From positions 21,224 to 85,223 of the forward strand of contig CAWBYD010000006.1 of NCBI GenBank assembly GCA_963792915.1: a DNA stretch of 64,000 nt, given 5' to 3'. The notes below the pieces were generated by a model. That model was not told where the DNA came from and did no database searches. It saw only the letters and a program-made list of their open reading frames with translations. Positions 9,680-19,742 of the stretch are shown piece by piece. The position numbers and the translations under genes were made by a program. Numbering within the stretch: the first letter of the stretch is position 1; every line of letters begins with the position of its first letter. Origin of the DNA: an uncultured Solirubrobacteraceae bacterium (GTDB lineage: Bacteria; Actinomycetota; Thermoleophilia; Solirubrobacterales; Solirubrobacteraceae).

Positions 9680-10994
9680 GGCGGCCCGGCCGGAGCCGCC
9701 GATCGAGGAACTGATCGCCGGCTTGACGGGCGAGGAGCTGCGGGAGGTCGTCTCGGCGGCGGTCGATCGTCATGGTGACGTCGAACGGCAGGTGCGGCTG
9801 ATCGCGGCCCGCCCCGGAGGCGAACTCGCGCAACTGCGAAAAGAGGTGGACCGCGGTCTTCGCACGCGCCGCTTCCTCGACTGCCGCGAGAGCAGTGGGT
9901 GGGCGATGGCGGCACGGCCGATCCTCGCGGAACTGGAGAAGACGAGGCCGTCGCGGGAGCTGGTCGTGCTGCTGCAGCGCGCGGTCGGGCACGTCGTGAA
10001 GGTGATCATGCACGCGGACGACTCCGACGGGGCGATCGGCGACCTGGCGCGTGACCTGCTGGCGCTGCACGCGCAGGCGTGCGACGCCGGGGTCGCGGAC
10101 CCGATCGACCTGGCGGCGTGGATGATCCGGTTCGCGTTCGACGACCAGGACTTCTTCGAGGTCGATCCGGTCCGCTACGCCAGCGCGCTCGGCGAAACCG
10201 GGCTCATCGCGTATCGCGAAGCCGTCGCCGCGCGGCCCGCCGGCAACGCGTTCGCGCCGCGCTATGCCCGCGAGCGCCTCGCGATCCTCGATCGCGACGT
10301 CGACGCGCTCGTGCGACTGCTCGGCGGCGACCTGACCACGCCGCACCAGTTCATCCGCGTGGCCGAGGCGATGGGCGAGCTCGGGCTCGAGGACGAGGTG
10401 CTGGCGTGGGCGACCCGCGGGATCGCCCAGACCAGCGGCTGGCAGACCGAGAAGCTGTACGACCTTGCCTGCGGCGCGCAGACGGAGCCGCTCGAAGTGC
10501 TCGCCCTTCGCCGCGCGCAGCACGAGCGGATGCCGTCGTCCTCGACCTATCGCGTGCTGCGGACGGCGGCCGACGCCCTCGATGCCTGGCCGCTCGAGCG
10601 CGATGCGGCGCGCGCGAGGCTGCAACGAGCCGACCCGCGCGGATACGTCGACGCGCTCCTCGGCGACGGCGAGCTCGACCTGGCGTGGACCGTGGCGGTC
10701 GCGGCTCCAAGCGATGCGGTCGGCTCTGGCCTGTGGCTGCGGCTCGCCGAAAGCATCGAACCCGATCGACCGGCTGACGCGCTCGCGGTCTACCTGCGGA
10801 TCGTCGGCGAGGTGCTCGAGCAGGCCGAGCGCCGCGCGTACCACTCCGCCGCCCGCCTTCTGAAGCGCGCACGGGCGGCGGCGGAGGCTGCGGGCGAACA
10901 GCAGGCCTTCGGCGAGCACCTCACCCGCCTGCGCGACCAATACCGGCGGCGGCCGACCCTGATCGCGATACTCGACAAGGCCAACCTCCGCTGA
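9669..10994 (+). CDS. Alpha-helical DUF6880-like protein (SWIM-associated type)
   Basis: ADDSDGAIGD and C-terminal LRDQYRRRPTLIAILDK signature. Confidence 0.7.
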   Translation: MPRKAARPEPPIEELIAGLTGEELREVVSAAVDRHGDVERQVRLIAARPGGELAQLRKEVDRGLRTRRFLDCRESSGWAMAARPILAELEKTRPSRELVVLLQRAVGHVVKVIMHADDSDGAIGDLARDLLALHAQACDAGVADPIDLAAWMIRFAFDDQDFFEVDPVRYASALGETGLIAYREAVAARPAGNAFAPRYARERLAILDRDVDALVRLLGGDLTTPHQFIRVAEAMGELGLEDEVLAWATRGIAQTSGWQTEKLYDLACGAQTEPLEVLALRRAQHERMPSSSTYRVLRTAADALDAWPLERDAARARLQRADPRGYVDALLGDGELDLAWTVAVAAPSDAVGSGLWLRLAESIEPDRPADALAVYLRIVGEVLEQAERRAYHSAARLLKRARAAAEAAGEQQAFGEHLTRLRDQYRRRPTLIAILDKANLR

Positions 10995-11006
10995 ACGGCG
11001 CCGCGC

Positions 11007-13676
11007 TCAGGCGCGCCGCCCCACGACGCGCAGGGTCTCGGCCAACGCGTTACGGGTCGCCGACGGCAACTGCGCTACCCGCTGTCCGGCGTCCAGCCCG
11101 GGGACGGCGCGCAGAACGCGCTGGCGCTCCGCGCGGCTGAGCCCGGCGATCGCCTTCAGGAACTGGCGCACGGTGAGCTGGTCGGCGCGTGTCGCCGGAC
11201 CGGCCAGCTCTCGCCGCAGCGCCACGGCGGCGAATTCCAACGCAGCCTCCCGATCGGGGACCACCGTGAGCGCGTGGTGCAGGCCCACCTCGTGCGCGCG
11301 CCGCACGAGCGCCTCACCTGCCGCGGCGTCGGGCCGGTGCTGCCAGAACCCCGCGCGAGACGGTGGCGCCGCACGCGTCGGAGGCCGAGGCGGGGCGGCG
11401 ATCAAGCCCGCTTCGTGGAGGAAGCGGCTCGGGCGCTCGGTCGTGTACAGGATCGACAGTTCATCGGTCGCGCGCGTGAACGCCACGTACGCGATCCGAC
11501 GCTCGGCTTCGACTCCCTCACCCGCGGCCTCGAGCTCCGGGCCCGCTTGCAGGGCGTTGCGGTGCGGCAGGACGTCCTCGTCGCAGGCCACGACGACCAC
11601 GCGCGGCCACTGCCGGCCCTTGGCGCGATGGACGGTCGTGAGTTCGATCCCGTTGCGGTCGTCGCGCGCCTTGCGCAGCGACAGACGACGTCCGGCGAGC
11701 GTCGCGGCGAACTCCGCCACCGTACGCCCGGCGGACTCCCGCTCGGCGTCGTCGAGCACGGTCAGGTCGTCGCGGTCGGGCCGTGCGGACGCCCGCGCTG
11801 CGTCCGCGAAGTGCTGGTCGAGCCCGTCGGCGCGCAGACGCGCGATCACCGCCGCCGCGTCGTCGAGAGCGGCCAGCGCGGAGAAGGCCTCGGCGGCGCG
11901 CACGAGACGCCATTGCTCGCCGCCGCCGGCGGGCAGTCGCTCGATCGCCTCGGGCACTGACGCACCGGCCGCGAGCCCCTTGCAGATCCGCTCCGACGCG
12001 TCCTGGCCCAGCCCGCGCGAGGGCCGGCGCAGCATCACGCGCACGTCCGCCTCGCTCGCGTGGCGCGGATCGCTCAAGACCGCGAAGTACGCCTCGAGCG
12101 TCTCCTGCGCCCCGGCGGCGTCGAACAGCTCGTCGGGCCCCGCGATCCGCACGCCCGCCGCCGCCGCGGCCAGCGCATAGGGCCGCAGCGCGTTGATCGT
12201 GCGCCCCAGCACCGCGATGTCGGCCCGCGAGTAGCCGGCGAGCTTGCGGGCGAGGAGCCGGGTGCCCTGATCCAGCTCCGCCTCATTGAAGTGCGCGAGG
12301 CGGATCGCCCGTGCGCCGCCCGGCGTGCGACCGCTGCCCGGCTTGATCGCCTTGGCGAAGCGCAGGCGGTTGTGGGCGATCAGGGCGCCGCTCGCCGCGA
12401 TCGCCTCCGGCGTGCAGCGGTAGTTGTGCTCGAGGGCGACCCGCCGCAGCGCCGGATAGGCGGTGTCGAGGTCGATCATCCGGTGCACGCTCGCGCGGCG
12501 CCAGCCGTACAGCGTCTGGTCCTCGTCGCCGACGACGAACAGGTCGTCGTGGGGCGCGGCGAGCATCTGCACGAGCAGCTCCTGGGCGGGCTCGATGTCC
12601 TGGTACTCATCGACCAGGACGTGCTCGAACGCGGCCTGCCAGCGCTCGCGGGCGCGCCGCTCGGTGCGCAGCAGCCGCACCGCGAGCACGATCATGTCGT
12701 CGAAGTCGTACAGCCGCAGGCGGTCCTTCTCCTGCTCGACCAGCGAGTACACGCGGGCGATGCAACGGCTGCGATCGTCGCGTGGACACGCCGCCTCCCA
12801 TTCCTCCGGGGTGGCCAGCTCCCCGAGGCGGATGGCCGCCAGCTCGTGCGGCAGCTCCGCGGCCTCGGGCGCAGGCGCGCCGACCTCGGCGGATGCGAGC
12901 CGACCGAAGCGTGACCACTGGGCCACGGTCCACCCCTCGGCATGCAGCGTCCGGCCGTCCACGAGGCCGTGCGCGCGGATGATCTGGTGGCCGACCGAGT
13001 GAAACGTCCGTGCGGACACGCGTCCCGCGTCGGCGAGCGCGAGCCGCTCCCGGAGTTCCCCCGCGGCGGCGTCGTTGAAGGTCACGCAGAGGATCCGCTC
13101 CGGCCGCGCGCCGCGAGCGAGCAGCTCCCGGACGCGTTCGACCAGCACCGTCGTCTTGCCGGACCCGGCCGGGGCGATCACCTGAACGACGCCGCCGGGC
13201 GCTCGCGCCGCCGCCAGCTGCGTGGGATCGAGCGGTCGGTGGGGAGGCGCGTCGCTGGTGGGCGCATGTCGCGTGTCCGTCGTGCGGGCGCGACAGCAGA
13301 GCCACCGCATCCGCTCCAGGGTGTGGGCGTGTTCGAAACCCGGCTCGACGAAGCCATCGAGTTCATCAGGCTCTTGCGCGCATTCGATCAGGAGCGGTAC
13401 GCCGGCGCGCAGCACGGGAGCGAGCAGCGTTTCATGCAGGCAGCGAAGGTCGTCCAACGTCGCCAGCTCGACGCCCCTGACCGCCACGGCGTCGTGGCTC
13501 AGGAGCTGGTCGATCGGCTCGCGCGCGGGAGGGACCAACGAGCGCCGGTTGGTGGGATGCAGCCACGTCGCGGCTTCGGCACGCCAGCGACCCCATTCGA
13601 GCACGACCGCGCCGCGCGCCTCGAGTTCGGGCCGCAGCGGCGCATCGGCACTCCACAGCAGCAGGCCCTCGTTCAC
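11007..13676 (-). CDS. UvrD/Rep-family SF1 helicase with N- and C-terminal extensions
   Basis: IAPAGSGKTT, LVDEYQD, VGDEDQTLYGWR, LEHNYRCT, TVHRAKG and ERRIAYVAFTRA. GTG at 13676 overlaps the upstream TGA. Confidence 0.9.
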   Translation of the reverse strand: MNEGLLLWSADAPLRPELEARGAVVLEWGRWRAEAATWLHPTNRRSLVPPAREPIDQLLSHDAVAVRGVELATLDDLRCLHETLLAPVLRAGVPLLIECAQEPDELDGFVEPGFEHAHTLERMRWLCCRARTTDTRHAPTSDAPPHRPLDPTQLAAARAPGGVVQVIAPAGSGKTTVLVERVRELLARGARPERILCVTFNDAAAGELRERLALADAGRVSARTFHSVGHQIIRAHGLVDGRTLHAEGWTVAQWSRFGRLASAEVGAPAPEAAELPHELAAIRLGELATPEEWEAACPRDDRSRCIARVYSLVEQEKDRLRLYDFDDMIVLAVRLLRTERRARERWQAAFEHVLVDEYQDIEPAQELLVQMLAAPHDDLFVVGDEDQTLYGWRRASVHRMIDLDTAYPALRRVALEHNYRCTPEAIAASGALIAHNRLRFAKAIKPGSGRTPGGARAIRLAHFNEAELDQGTRLLARKLAGYSRADIAVLGRTINALRPYALAAAAAGVRIAGPDELFDAAGAQETLEAYFAVLSDPRHASEADVRVMLRRPSRGLGQDASERICKGLAAGASVPEAIERLPAGGGEQWRLVRAAEAFSALAALDDAAAVIARLRADGLDQHFADAARASARPDRDDLTVLDDAERESAGRTVAEFAATLAGRRLSLRKARDDRNGIELTTVHRAKGRQWPRVVVVACDEDVLPHRNALQAGPELEAAGEGVEAERRIAYVAFTRATDELSILYTTERPSRFLHEAGLIAAPPRPPTRAAPPSRAGFWQHRPDAAAGEALVRRAHEVGLHHALTVVPDREAALEFAAVALRRELAGPATRADQLTVRQFLKAIAGLSRAERQRVLRAVPGLDAGQRVAQLPSATRNALAETLRVVGRRA

Positions 13677-15391
13677 GACTCGCCCGTGGCCGCCCCGAGA
13701 TGCCGGTCGATGCCCTCGACGCTGCCTGGGATCCGCAGGCGCTCGGCTTGCTCGGGATAGTCGCGAGCCAGCTTGGCCAGCTCGTTGCGCAGGAACGTGA
13801 GGCCGTCGTCGAGTTGGGGCTCGCCGGCGTCGGCGCGGCGGGTGACGCCCATCGCGCGGTTGACGCGCGCCTGGGCCTGGGGCCAGGAGTACGCCGGGTC
13901 GATCTCGCGCCGCAGTTGGGCCCAGCGGCGGGCGAGGCGGTCGAGCGCGCGGCGCTTGTGCTCGACGCGCCGGTGCGCCGGGACCGGCGTCGGCGGCGGT
14001 GGCGCGGGATCGCCGACGCGCTCGCGGCGGACGAACTCGAGGACGGAGCGCAGCGCGCGCTCGGGCTGGCCGAGCTCGCGCAGCAGCCGGCGCGCGGCGT
14101 CGACCTCGACGCGGCCGTAGTGCACGCCGGCGACGATCATCCCGCCGGGCTCGACCTGGGCGTCGAGCGCCTGGAAGTCCGGGCGCTGCGCGAGCCCCGG
14201 CGGTGGCTCGACCTCGAACGCCGCGCCGACCTCGTCGGAGACCGGCTGGCGCAACTCGACCTCGACGCGCTCGGCGCAGCTCGTGAGCGTCGGGTCGGCG
14301 GGCAGGAAGACGGTCGCGACGAGGTCGTCGGGGTCCTCGCGGCGGCGGCGCACGACCCGGCCGACGGCCTGGCGGAAGAACAGGTCGGTGCGCTTGACGG
14401 TCGCGTAGGCCGCGAGGACCAGGCGCGGGACGTCGACGCCCTCTGAGACCATGTTGACCGCCACCAGCCAGCGCGGCGCGTCGGCGCCGCCGCGCGCGAA
14501 GCGCTCGATCCGCGTGTGCGCCTGCGGCTCGTCGCTGACGACCACGACCGGCTTTTCGGCGCTGATCGTGCGCAGCAGCGCGGCAGTGGCGCGCGCATGG
14601 GCACGGTCGTCGCACAGCACCAGGCCGGCCGCGTCGGGGATCACCGCGCGGGCCTTGACGAGCAGCGCGTCCGCGTCGCGCAACATCTGCGGCAGCAGCG
14701 GAGTGGCGGGGTCGATCGCGGTCCGCAGCCGGCGCGCGTCGTCGACGGGGTCGAGCTCGTCGGCGAACGCCGCGATCGTCTCCTGGGCGTCGACGCGCCA
14801 GCGCAGCGTCGCGTCGAGCAGCCGGAACGCCAGCGGCCGGCAGACCTCGTCGCGGACCGCGTCGGCGTAGCCGTAGACGAAGTCCGGCGCGCAGCGGCGC
14901 TCGTCGTCATAGCGAACGAACGGGATCGCCCGCGCGTCGGAGCGGAACGGCGTGCCGGACAGCGCGAGCCGGTGCGCCGCACGGTCGAACGCCGCGCGCA
15001 GCGCCGTGCCCCACGTCGCCGACTCCCCGGCGTGGTGGACCTCGTCGAGCACCACGAACGTCGGCCGCGAGAGGTGATGCGCGAACAGATCCGGCGCGGC
15101 GGCGACCTGCTGGTAGGTGACCACGACGCCGTCGATGTCGCTGCGCCACGCACCGTCGGCGTTGCGCCAGCGCGGGTCGAGATGCAGCCCGACGCGGTCG
15201 GCGGCGTCCGCCCACTGCGCTCGCAGCGCGGTCGTCGGGCAGACCACCACGATCTGCCCGGCGTCGCGCATCGCCTGGCACGCCGCGAGCGTCTTGCCCG
15301 CCCCGGGCGTCGCGACCAGCAGGAAATCCGGGTCCGCGTGCGTCGCGTGTCGCGCGAGGAACTCGACCTGCCACCCCCGCGGCTCGATCAC
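13673..15391 (-). CDS. SF2 DEAD/DEAH-like (ResIII-type, Rv2917-like) helicase
   Basis: RGWQ, ATPGAGKT, LDEVHH, LSGTPFRSD, SEGVDVP and QAVGRVVR. GTG at 15391 overlaps the HNH stop. Confidence 0.9.
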   Translation of the reverse strand: MIEPRGWQVEFLARHATHADPDFLLVATPGAGKTLAACQAMRDAGQIVVVCPTTALRAQWADAADRVGLHLDPRWRNADGAWRSDIDGVVVTYQQVAAAPDLFAHHLSRPTFVVLDEVHHAGESATWGTALRAAFDRAAHRLALSGTPFRSDARAIPFVRYDDERRCAPDFVYGYADAVRDEVCRPLAFRLLDATLRWRVDAQETIAAFADELDPVDDARRLRTAIDPATPLLPQMLRDADALLVKARAVIPDAAGLVLCDDRAHARATAALLRTISAEKPVVVVSDEPQAHTRIERFARGGADAPRWLVAVNMVSEGVDVPRLVLAAYATVKRTDLFFRQAVGRVVRRRREDPDDLVATVFLPADPTLTSCAERVEVELRQPVSDEVGAAFEVEPPPGLAQRPDFQALDAQVEPGGMIVAGVHYGRVEVDAARRLLRELGQPERALRSVLEFVRRERVGDPAPPPPTPVPAHRRVEHKRRALDRLARRWAQLRREIDPAYSWPQAQARVNRAMGVTRRADAGEPQLDDGLTFLRNELAKLARDYPEQAERLRIPGSVEGIDRHLGAATGES

Positions 15392-15594
15392 GTCCGGCGC
15401 GCGCCTTTGCTCAGGTTGCAGCGCGCGCACAGCGCCTGCCCGTTGGCCGGCTCGCTCGCTCCGCCCGCGCTCACCGGCTGGACGTGATCGGCGTGCCAGC
15501 CGGGCCGCAACGGCTCACCGCACCGCGCGCAGCGCCCGCCCGCGGCCAGGAACAACGCCACACGGGCAGCAGGACGAAAGCGACGCGCGGTCAT
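15388..15594 (-). CDS. Small stand-alone HNH endonuclease (68 aa)
   Basis: CARC...HADHVQPVSAGG...NGQALCARCNLSKG. Confidence 0.85.
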   Translation of the reverse strand: MTARRFRPAARVALFLAAGGRCARCGEPLRPGWHADHVQPVSAGGASEPANGQALCARCNLSKGARRT

Positions 15595-15890
15595 CCCCGC
15601 GAAGTCTTGCACCGCGCGAAGCCGGACAGCCGGCGCACAATCTCCTCGACATCGTCGAGCTCTCCCGCCGCCACCTGCACCACCAGCTCGTACGCGTCAT
15701 CGTCAACCGGATCGAACTCAACGCCGTTCTTGGCCACTAACACGTAGCCTCGTGAGCCACGCGAGACGCTCGTTCCGGTCCACCAACGGCCGCTGACGAG
15801 CCAACGAATGCAGCAACGCGGTGGCCCTTTAGAAGCTGCCGTATCCGACTCAGAGAACGCGTCGGACGCCATCCGGAAGCGGCCGGCGCC
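15591..15890 (-). pseudogene. Doc/Fic toxin remnant
   Basis: LLHSLARQRPLVD and YVLVAKNG...DDAYELVVQVAAGELDDVEEI in different frames. Nucleotide similarity to 35820-35930. Confidence 0.6.
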
Positions 15891-15892
15891 GG

Positions 15893-16591
15893 TCACGACC
15901 AGGCACGACGCATCACGTCCGGATCGCCGAGGTCCGCGAAGCGGGCGGCGAGATCTGCTGCGGTCACTGGTGCTCGGTGAGCGGGCCGCAGTCCCCACTC
16001 GGCGAGCCAGCGACGGGCGCGCCCGCGTCCGTGCTCGTCAGCGAACTGGTGGAAGCGCGTGAGCTCGTCCGGCTGCTCCGCCAACGCGTCCCGGAAGCGG
16101 CGGAAGGCACTCGGGCGATGGATCGCGCGCTCGAGGCGCTCCGCCAACGAAGCGTCCGCCACCGTCGCGATGAACTTTTCCATGTCGCGCCAGCCCGCGC
16201 GCGAATCGGCCCCGACCCAGTGCCAGCGCTCCGAATCCTCCTCGTCGTGATCGTCGTACGGGGACCTATGCCAGATCTCGCCCGTCTCCAGGTCGATGCG
16301 CCCGCCGCCGTGGACCGGATCGCCGTCGAGGATCGACGCCAATTCCTCGAGATCGACGGCGATCGGCCGCAGGTCATCCGCGCGGCCGTCGAGGACATCG
16401 GCGAGCTCCGCGTCACCGTCGTAGCCGCGCTGCCGCAGGCGATCGGCGCACTCAGGCCGGAGCGCCTCGCCGATGAGTTGCAGCACCGCGTCGAGCTCCC
16501 GGCCGGCGCACAGCTCGACGATCGCGGCGTCGTCGCGCTGGGCAACCGCGGAGCGCAGTTCCTGCAGCGCCTGTCGATCCCAGCCCGCCAC
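15893..16591 (-). CDS. UPF0158 family protein
   Basis: GGRIDLETGEIW, WRDMEKFIATV, LERAIHRPSAFRRFRDAL. The last ~25 aa may be an antitoxin remnant. Confidence 0.8.
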   Translation of the reverse strand: MAGWDRQALQELRSAVAQRDDAAIVELCAGRELDAVLQLIGEALRPECADRLRQRGYDGDAELADVLDGRADDLRPIAVDLEELASILDGDPVHGGGRIDLETGEIWHRSPYDDHDEEDSERWHWVGADSRAGWRDMEKFIATVADASLAERLERAIHRPSAFRRFRDALAEQPDELTRFHQFADEHGRGRARRWLAEWGLRPAHRAPVTAADLAARFADLGDPDVMRRAWS

Positions 16592-17786
16592 TACGCGGCG
16601 ATCTCCTCGTTGTAGGCGCGGATGAAGCGGTCGACCGCGGCCCGATCGGTCAGGTCGACTCCCGCCTCCAGCGCCGCCGCCGCGAACGCCTTCGCCGGGC
16701 CCCAGGCCTCCGGGTCAACCGCGACTTCGAGCATCTCATCGCGGAACTCGTCGATCGCCGCCAGCGCCTCGTTCAGCCGCTGCGCCGGGACGCCGCGACG
16801 ACCGGCGGCGAAGCGCACCCAGCCGGCCAACACCTCGGGAACCCGCTCAAAGAATGCCGGTTCGGCCGTGATCTTGCGTGGCAGCCAGTCGGCCATGAAG
16901 AGCTCGATCACCACGGGGCTCCAGCGCAGCGGGCCGCCGTGGTTGTAGTCGACGCCGAAGTCGATCGCGAGCTGTGCGACGTACTCGGCGTCCTCGTCGC
17001 CGCGCCAGCACCGACCCTCGGGAGACGCCAGGAACTGCGCATGCAGCGCCTCGCGCTCCGTGGGTGCCATGTCGACGTAGCGATCGGGCAGCTCGAAGCC
17101 GCCGGGCAGCAGGTCCATGCGCGCCTCGATCAGCGAGCGCAGCGAGCGCACGTCCTCGCTGACCGGCGCATCGAAGGTGTGGTCGAGCATCTCCAACGCG
17201 GCGTCGACGCGGCCGCGCGCCTCGGCGAGGGCGAGGTCACGGATCACGACGCCGGCGCGATCGGGCGCACGCTGCAGATCCTCGAGCACCTCGGCGAGCG
17301 GCCCCGACACGACCGCGTCCTTGACGATGCCGCCCAGGTTGTGATCGATGTAGACCATGACCGTGTGCGACTGGCCGTCAGGCTCGGCGAACTCGACCAT
17401 CACGCTCACACCGTCGTCGAACGCCGGCTCCTCCATCAGGACCGCCGTGGACGGCCGGGAACCTCCGAGATCGTCGACCCACGCCGGCTCGCGCACCCCG
17501 GCGCCCGCGAGCCGCTCGGCCGCCGCGCCGGCGCTCGGCGCGCCGACGGCGCTCAGTGCGCGCAACGCCGCCAGCGCCGACGGCGTGCCCAGGGCGACGA
17601 ACGCGCGGACCAGGCCCGGAAACGCCGCGTCCGAGTCCACCCCGACGAGCGTCTCGTGCCGCCACATCGCGAGCAGATCCGACGCCCAATGCTCAGCCTC
17701 GACGGCGCCCTCGACCTCCCGGACGCTCTTCGCGGCGATCTTGGCCAGCTCGCTCAGCATGAGATCCAACGGGTCCGCCTCGGCAC
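16591..17786 (-). pseudogene. Hypothetical protein, 3' part; its 5' part (19743-19812) is separated by IS1634
   Basis: Removing the IS and one target copy restores one frame, MSEKRH...GTRSRAEADPLDLMLSEL (421 aa). Contains YIDHNLGGIVKDA and PLRWSPVVIELF. Confidence 0.75.
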
Positions 17787-17792
17787 GCGAGC

Positions 17793-19742
17793 CGGAAGTT
17801 TTCTCGGTTGATGTGGGGGATCTCGCGTGGTGGCGCGGGGATCCGGGTGTTGCGGCGTGGTTGGGCTTTGGCTACGTGTGGAGCTTGATGTCGAGCAGGC
17901 TGAGGGCGGTCGCTTGTAGGGGTGTGGGGGTGGTGAGGCGGGTGAAGGTGTGGTCGGCGGCGCCGATGCGCAGGGTGTTGCGGCAGAGGGTGCCGAGGTC
18001 GGCGAGTAGGTCGGGCAGGGTGTGGGCGGCGTGTCCGTGGTTGGTGCGGGCGGCGGCGGCGTTGGCTTGCCCTGTGGGTGAGCGCCGCGCGGGCGCGACG
18101 GGGTCGGTCGGGGCGAGCGGGGTGTCGTCGGTGAACAGCAGCGGCGCGAGTCGCTGTTGGAGTTCGAAGCTGACGTAGTAGGCGAGCGTGCAGAGGAAGA
18201 TGTGTGCTCTGACGCGGGTCTCGAGGTGGTGGTGGATGGGACGGATCTCGATCGTGTCCTTCATCGTGCGAAACGCGCGCTCGGCCAGTTTGAGTTGTTT
18301 GTAGGCGCGGACCGCGGCGTGCGTGCCGAGCCGGTCTGGCGTGAGGGTGGTCCGGATGACGTAGAGGCCGTCGAGCGCGGCCTCGGCGGCGATCTGCTGG
18401 GTCTGTTGTTCGTAGGCGAAGCTGCCGTCGGCGATCTGCAGGCTGAAGTGCTTGGCGACCTTGTATGTGTTGACGGTCTTGCCGGCGCGTTCGCCGATCG
18501 TGCCGGCCGGTGCGCCGCGGAGCCGGCCGCGGGGGCCGTGGACGCTTGCCTTGACCTTGTCCAGTTCGGCCTCGGTCGCGGCCAGCAGTTCGGCGCGTTT
18601 GCGGGCGCGTTCGGCCGCGACGGCCGGGTTGCGGCACACGACCAGGCGCTCGCCCGGGAACCGGCTGGAGCTGATCTCGGCGAGGTTGAGCTCGTCAAAG
18701 AGCGAGAGCTGCAGGTCGCCGCAGTCCACCAGCGAGCGGATCTGGGCGCTCTTGAGCGCGCTGACGAAGTCCACGTCTTGGGCCTTGAGCGAGGCGGCGT
18801 GCGCCTGGGTGATCATCCCGCGGTCGCCGACGAACACGACCTGCTCGATCCCGAACCGCTCCCGGACCTGGGCGATCACGTCCGGGACGGTCTGGGAGTC
18901 GGTCGTGCGGCCCTGGCAGACGTGCACGCCGACCGGCCGGCCCTCGGGGCTGCAGATCAGCCCGTAGTTGACCTGCAGCTTGCCCTTGACGCCGTCGCGA
19001 GAGTAGCCGAGCGTCGCGAGCGGGCAACGCCGGCCCTCCATGTAGCTCGAGGACAGGTCATAGAGCACGAACCCCGCGTCATCGCCGCCTGCCGTGAGGT
19101 GACGGCGCGCGAGCGTGCGCTCGATCCGTGGCTGCTGGGCGAGCAGCCAGTCCATCGCCGCGAGCAGCTCGGCCTCACCGACATCGCTGAGATCGAGTTC
19201 GTCGGCCAGCGTGCTCTGCCCAAAGCGACGCGTCGCTGAGAGCTTAGAGCCCGGGCCGATCAGCCGCTGGCAGATCATCGCCACGACCAGATCGCGCTGC
19301 CGGCTGCGCTCGCGGCCGATCAGCCGCTCCAGGTCCAGATCGCGCAGCACGCCGAGTACCGCGCCGACATGCCCGTGCGGCAGCGAGCGCTCGATCTCGA
19401 AGTCCTCGTCGAGATCGACCAGCCGCCGGCCGACGAGCATCGCGCGGATCGCGTCGATGATCTCGATCGGCAGATGCGAGAGGTTGCCGAGGTTCTCGTG
19501 GCGGACCTTGCCGTCCTCGCGGTAGGAGCGGCGCAGCAGATGCGACGTGTAGACCGTGCCGCCCTTCCCCTTCGTCTTGATTGTGGCTACGTGAGCTGAC
19601 CCACCGCGCTTCGCCATCCGAACAACATACCGGACCAGCCGGACATCAGCCAACCAAGACTTTGGCTACACCCAGCCGACCAAACAAAGGCCCGACCCCC
19701 AGAACCACTGGGAATCGGGCCTCAAACCCTCAAAAACTTCCG
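17793..19742 (-). mobile_element. IS1634-family insertion sequence
   Basis: Ends CGGAAGTTTT...AAAACTTCCG flanked by GCGAGC at 17787-17792 and 19743-19748. An 11-bp IR with a 4-bp CGAG duplication fits equally well. Confidence 0.9.
17872..19653 (-). CDS. IS1634-family DDE transposase (start may be 19617)
   Basis: LRRSYREDGKVRHENLGNLS, LYDLSSSY, GYSRDG, VFVGDRGM and YKQLKLAERAFR...RPIHH. Confidence 0.92.
   Translation of the reverse strand: MADVRLVRYVVRMAKRGGSAHVATIKTKGKGGTVYTSHLLRRSYREDGKVRHENLGNLSHLPIEIIDAIRAMLVGRRLVDLDEDFEIERSLPHGHVGAVLGVLRDLDLERLIGRERSRQRDLVVAMICQRLIGPGSKLSATRRFGQSTLADELDLSDVGEAELLAAMDWLLAQQPRIERTLARRHLTAGGDDAGFVLYDLSSSYMEGRRCPLATLGYSRDGVKGKLQVNYGLICSPEGRPVGVHVCQGRTTDSQTVPDVIAQVRERFGIEQVVFVGDRGMITQAHAASLKAQDVDFVSALKSAQIRSLVDCGDLQLSLFDELNLAEISSSRFPGERLVVCRNPAVAAERARKRAELLAATEAELDKVKASVHGPRGRLRGAPAGTIGERAGKTVNTYKVAKHFSLQIADGSFAYEQQTQQIAAEAALDGLYVIRTTLTPDRLGTHAAVRAYKQLKLAERAFRTMKDTIEIRPIHHHLETRVRAHIFLCTLAYYVSFELQQRLAPLLFTDDTPLAPTDPVAPARRSPTGQANAAAARTNHGHAAHTLPDLLADLGTLCRNTLRIGAADHTFTRLTTPTPLQATALSLLDIKLHT

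Noticed and set aside
11007..14615. 1202-aa giant UvrD from the ORF track
   Set aside because: The first ~310 codons are an alternate frame of the SF2 helicase. The coupled GTG at 13676 is the likely start.
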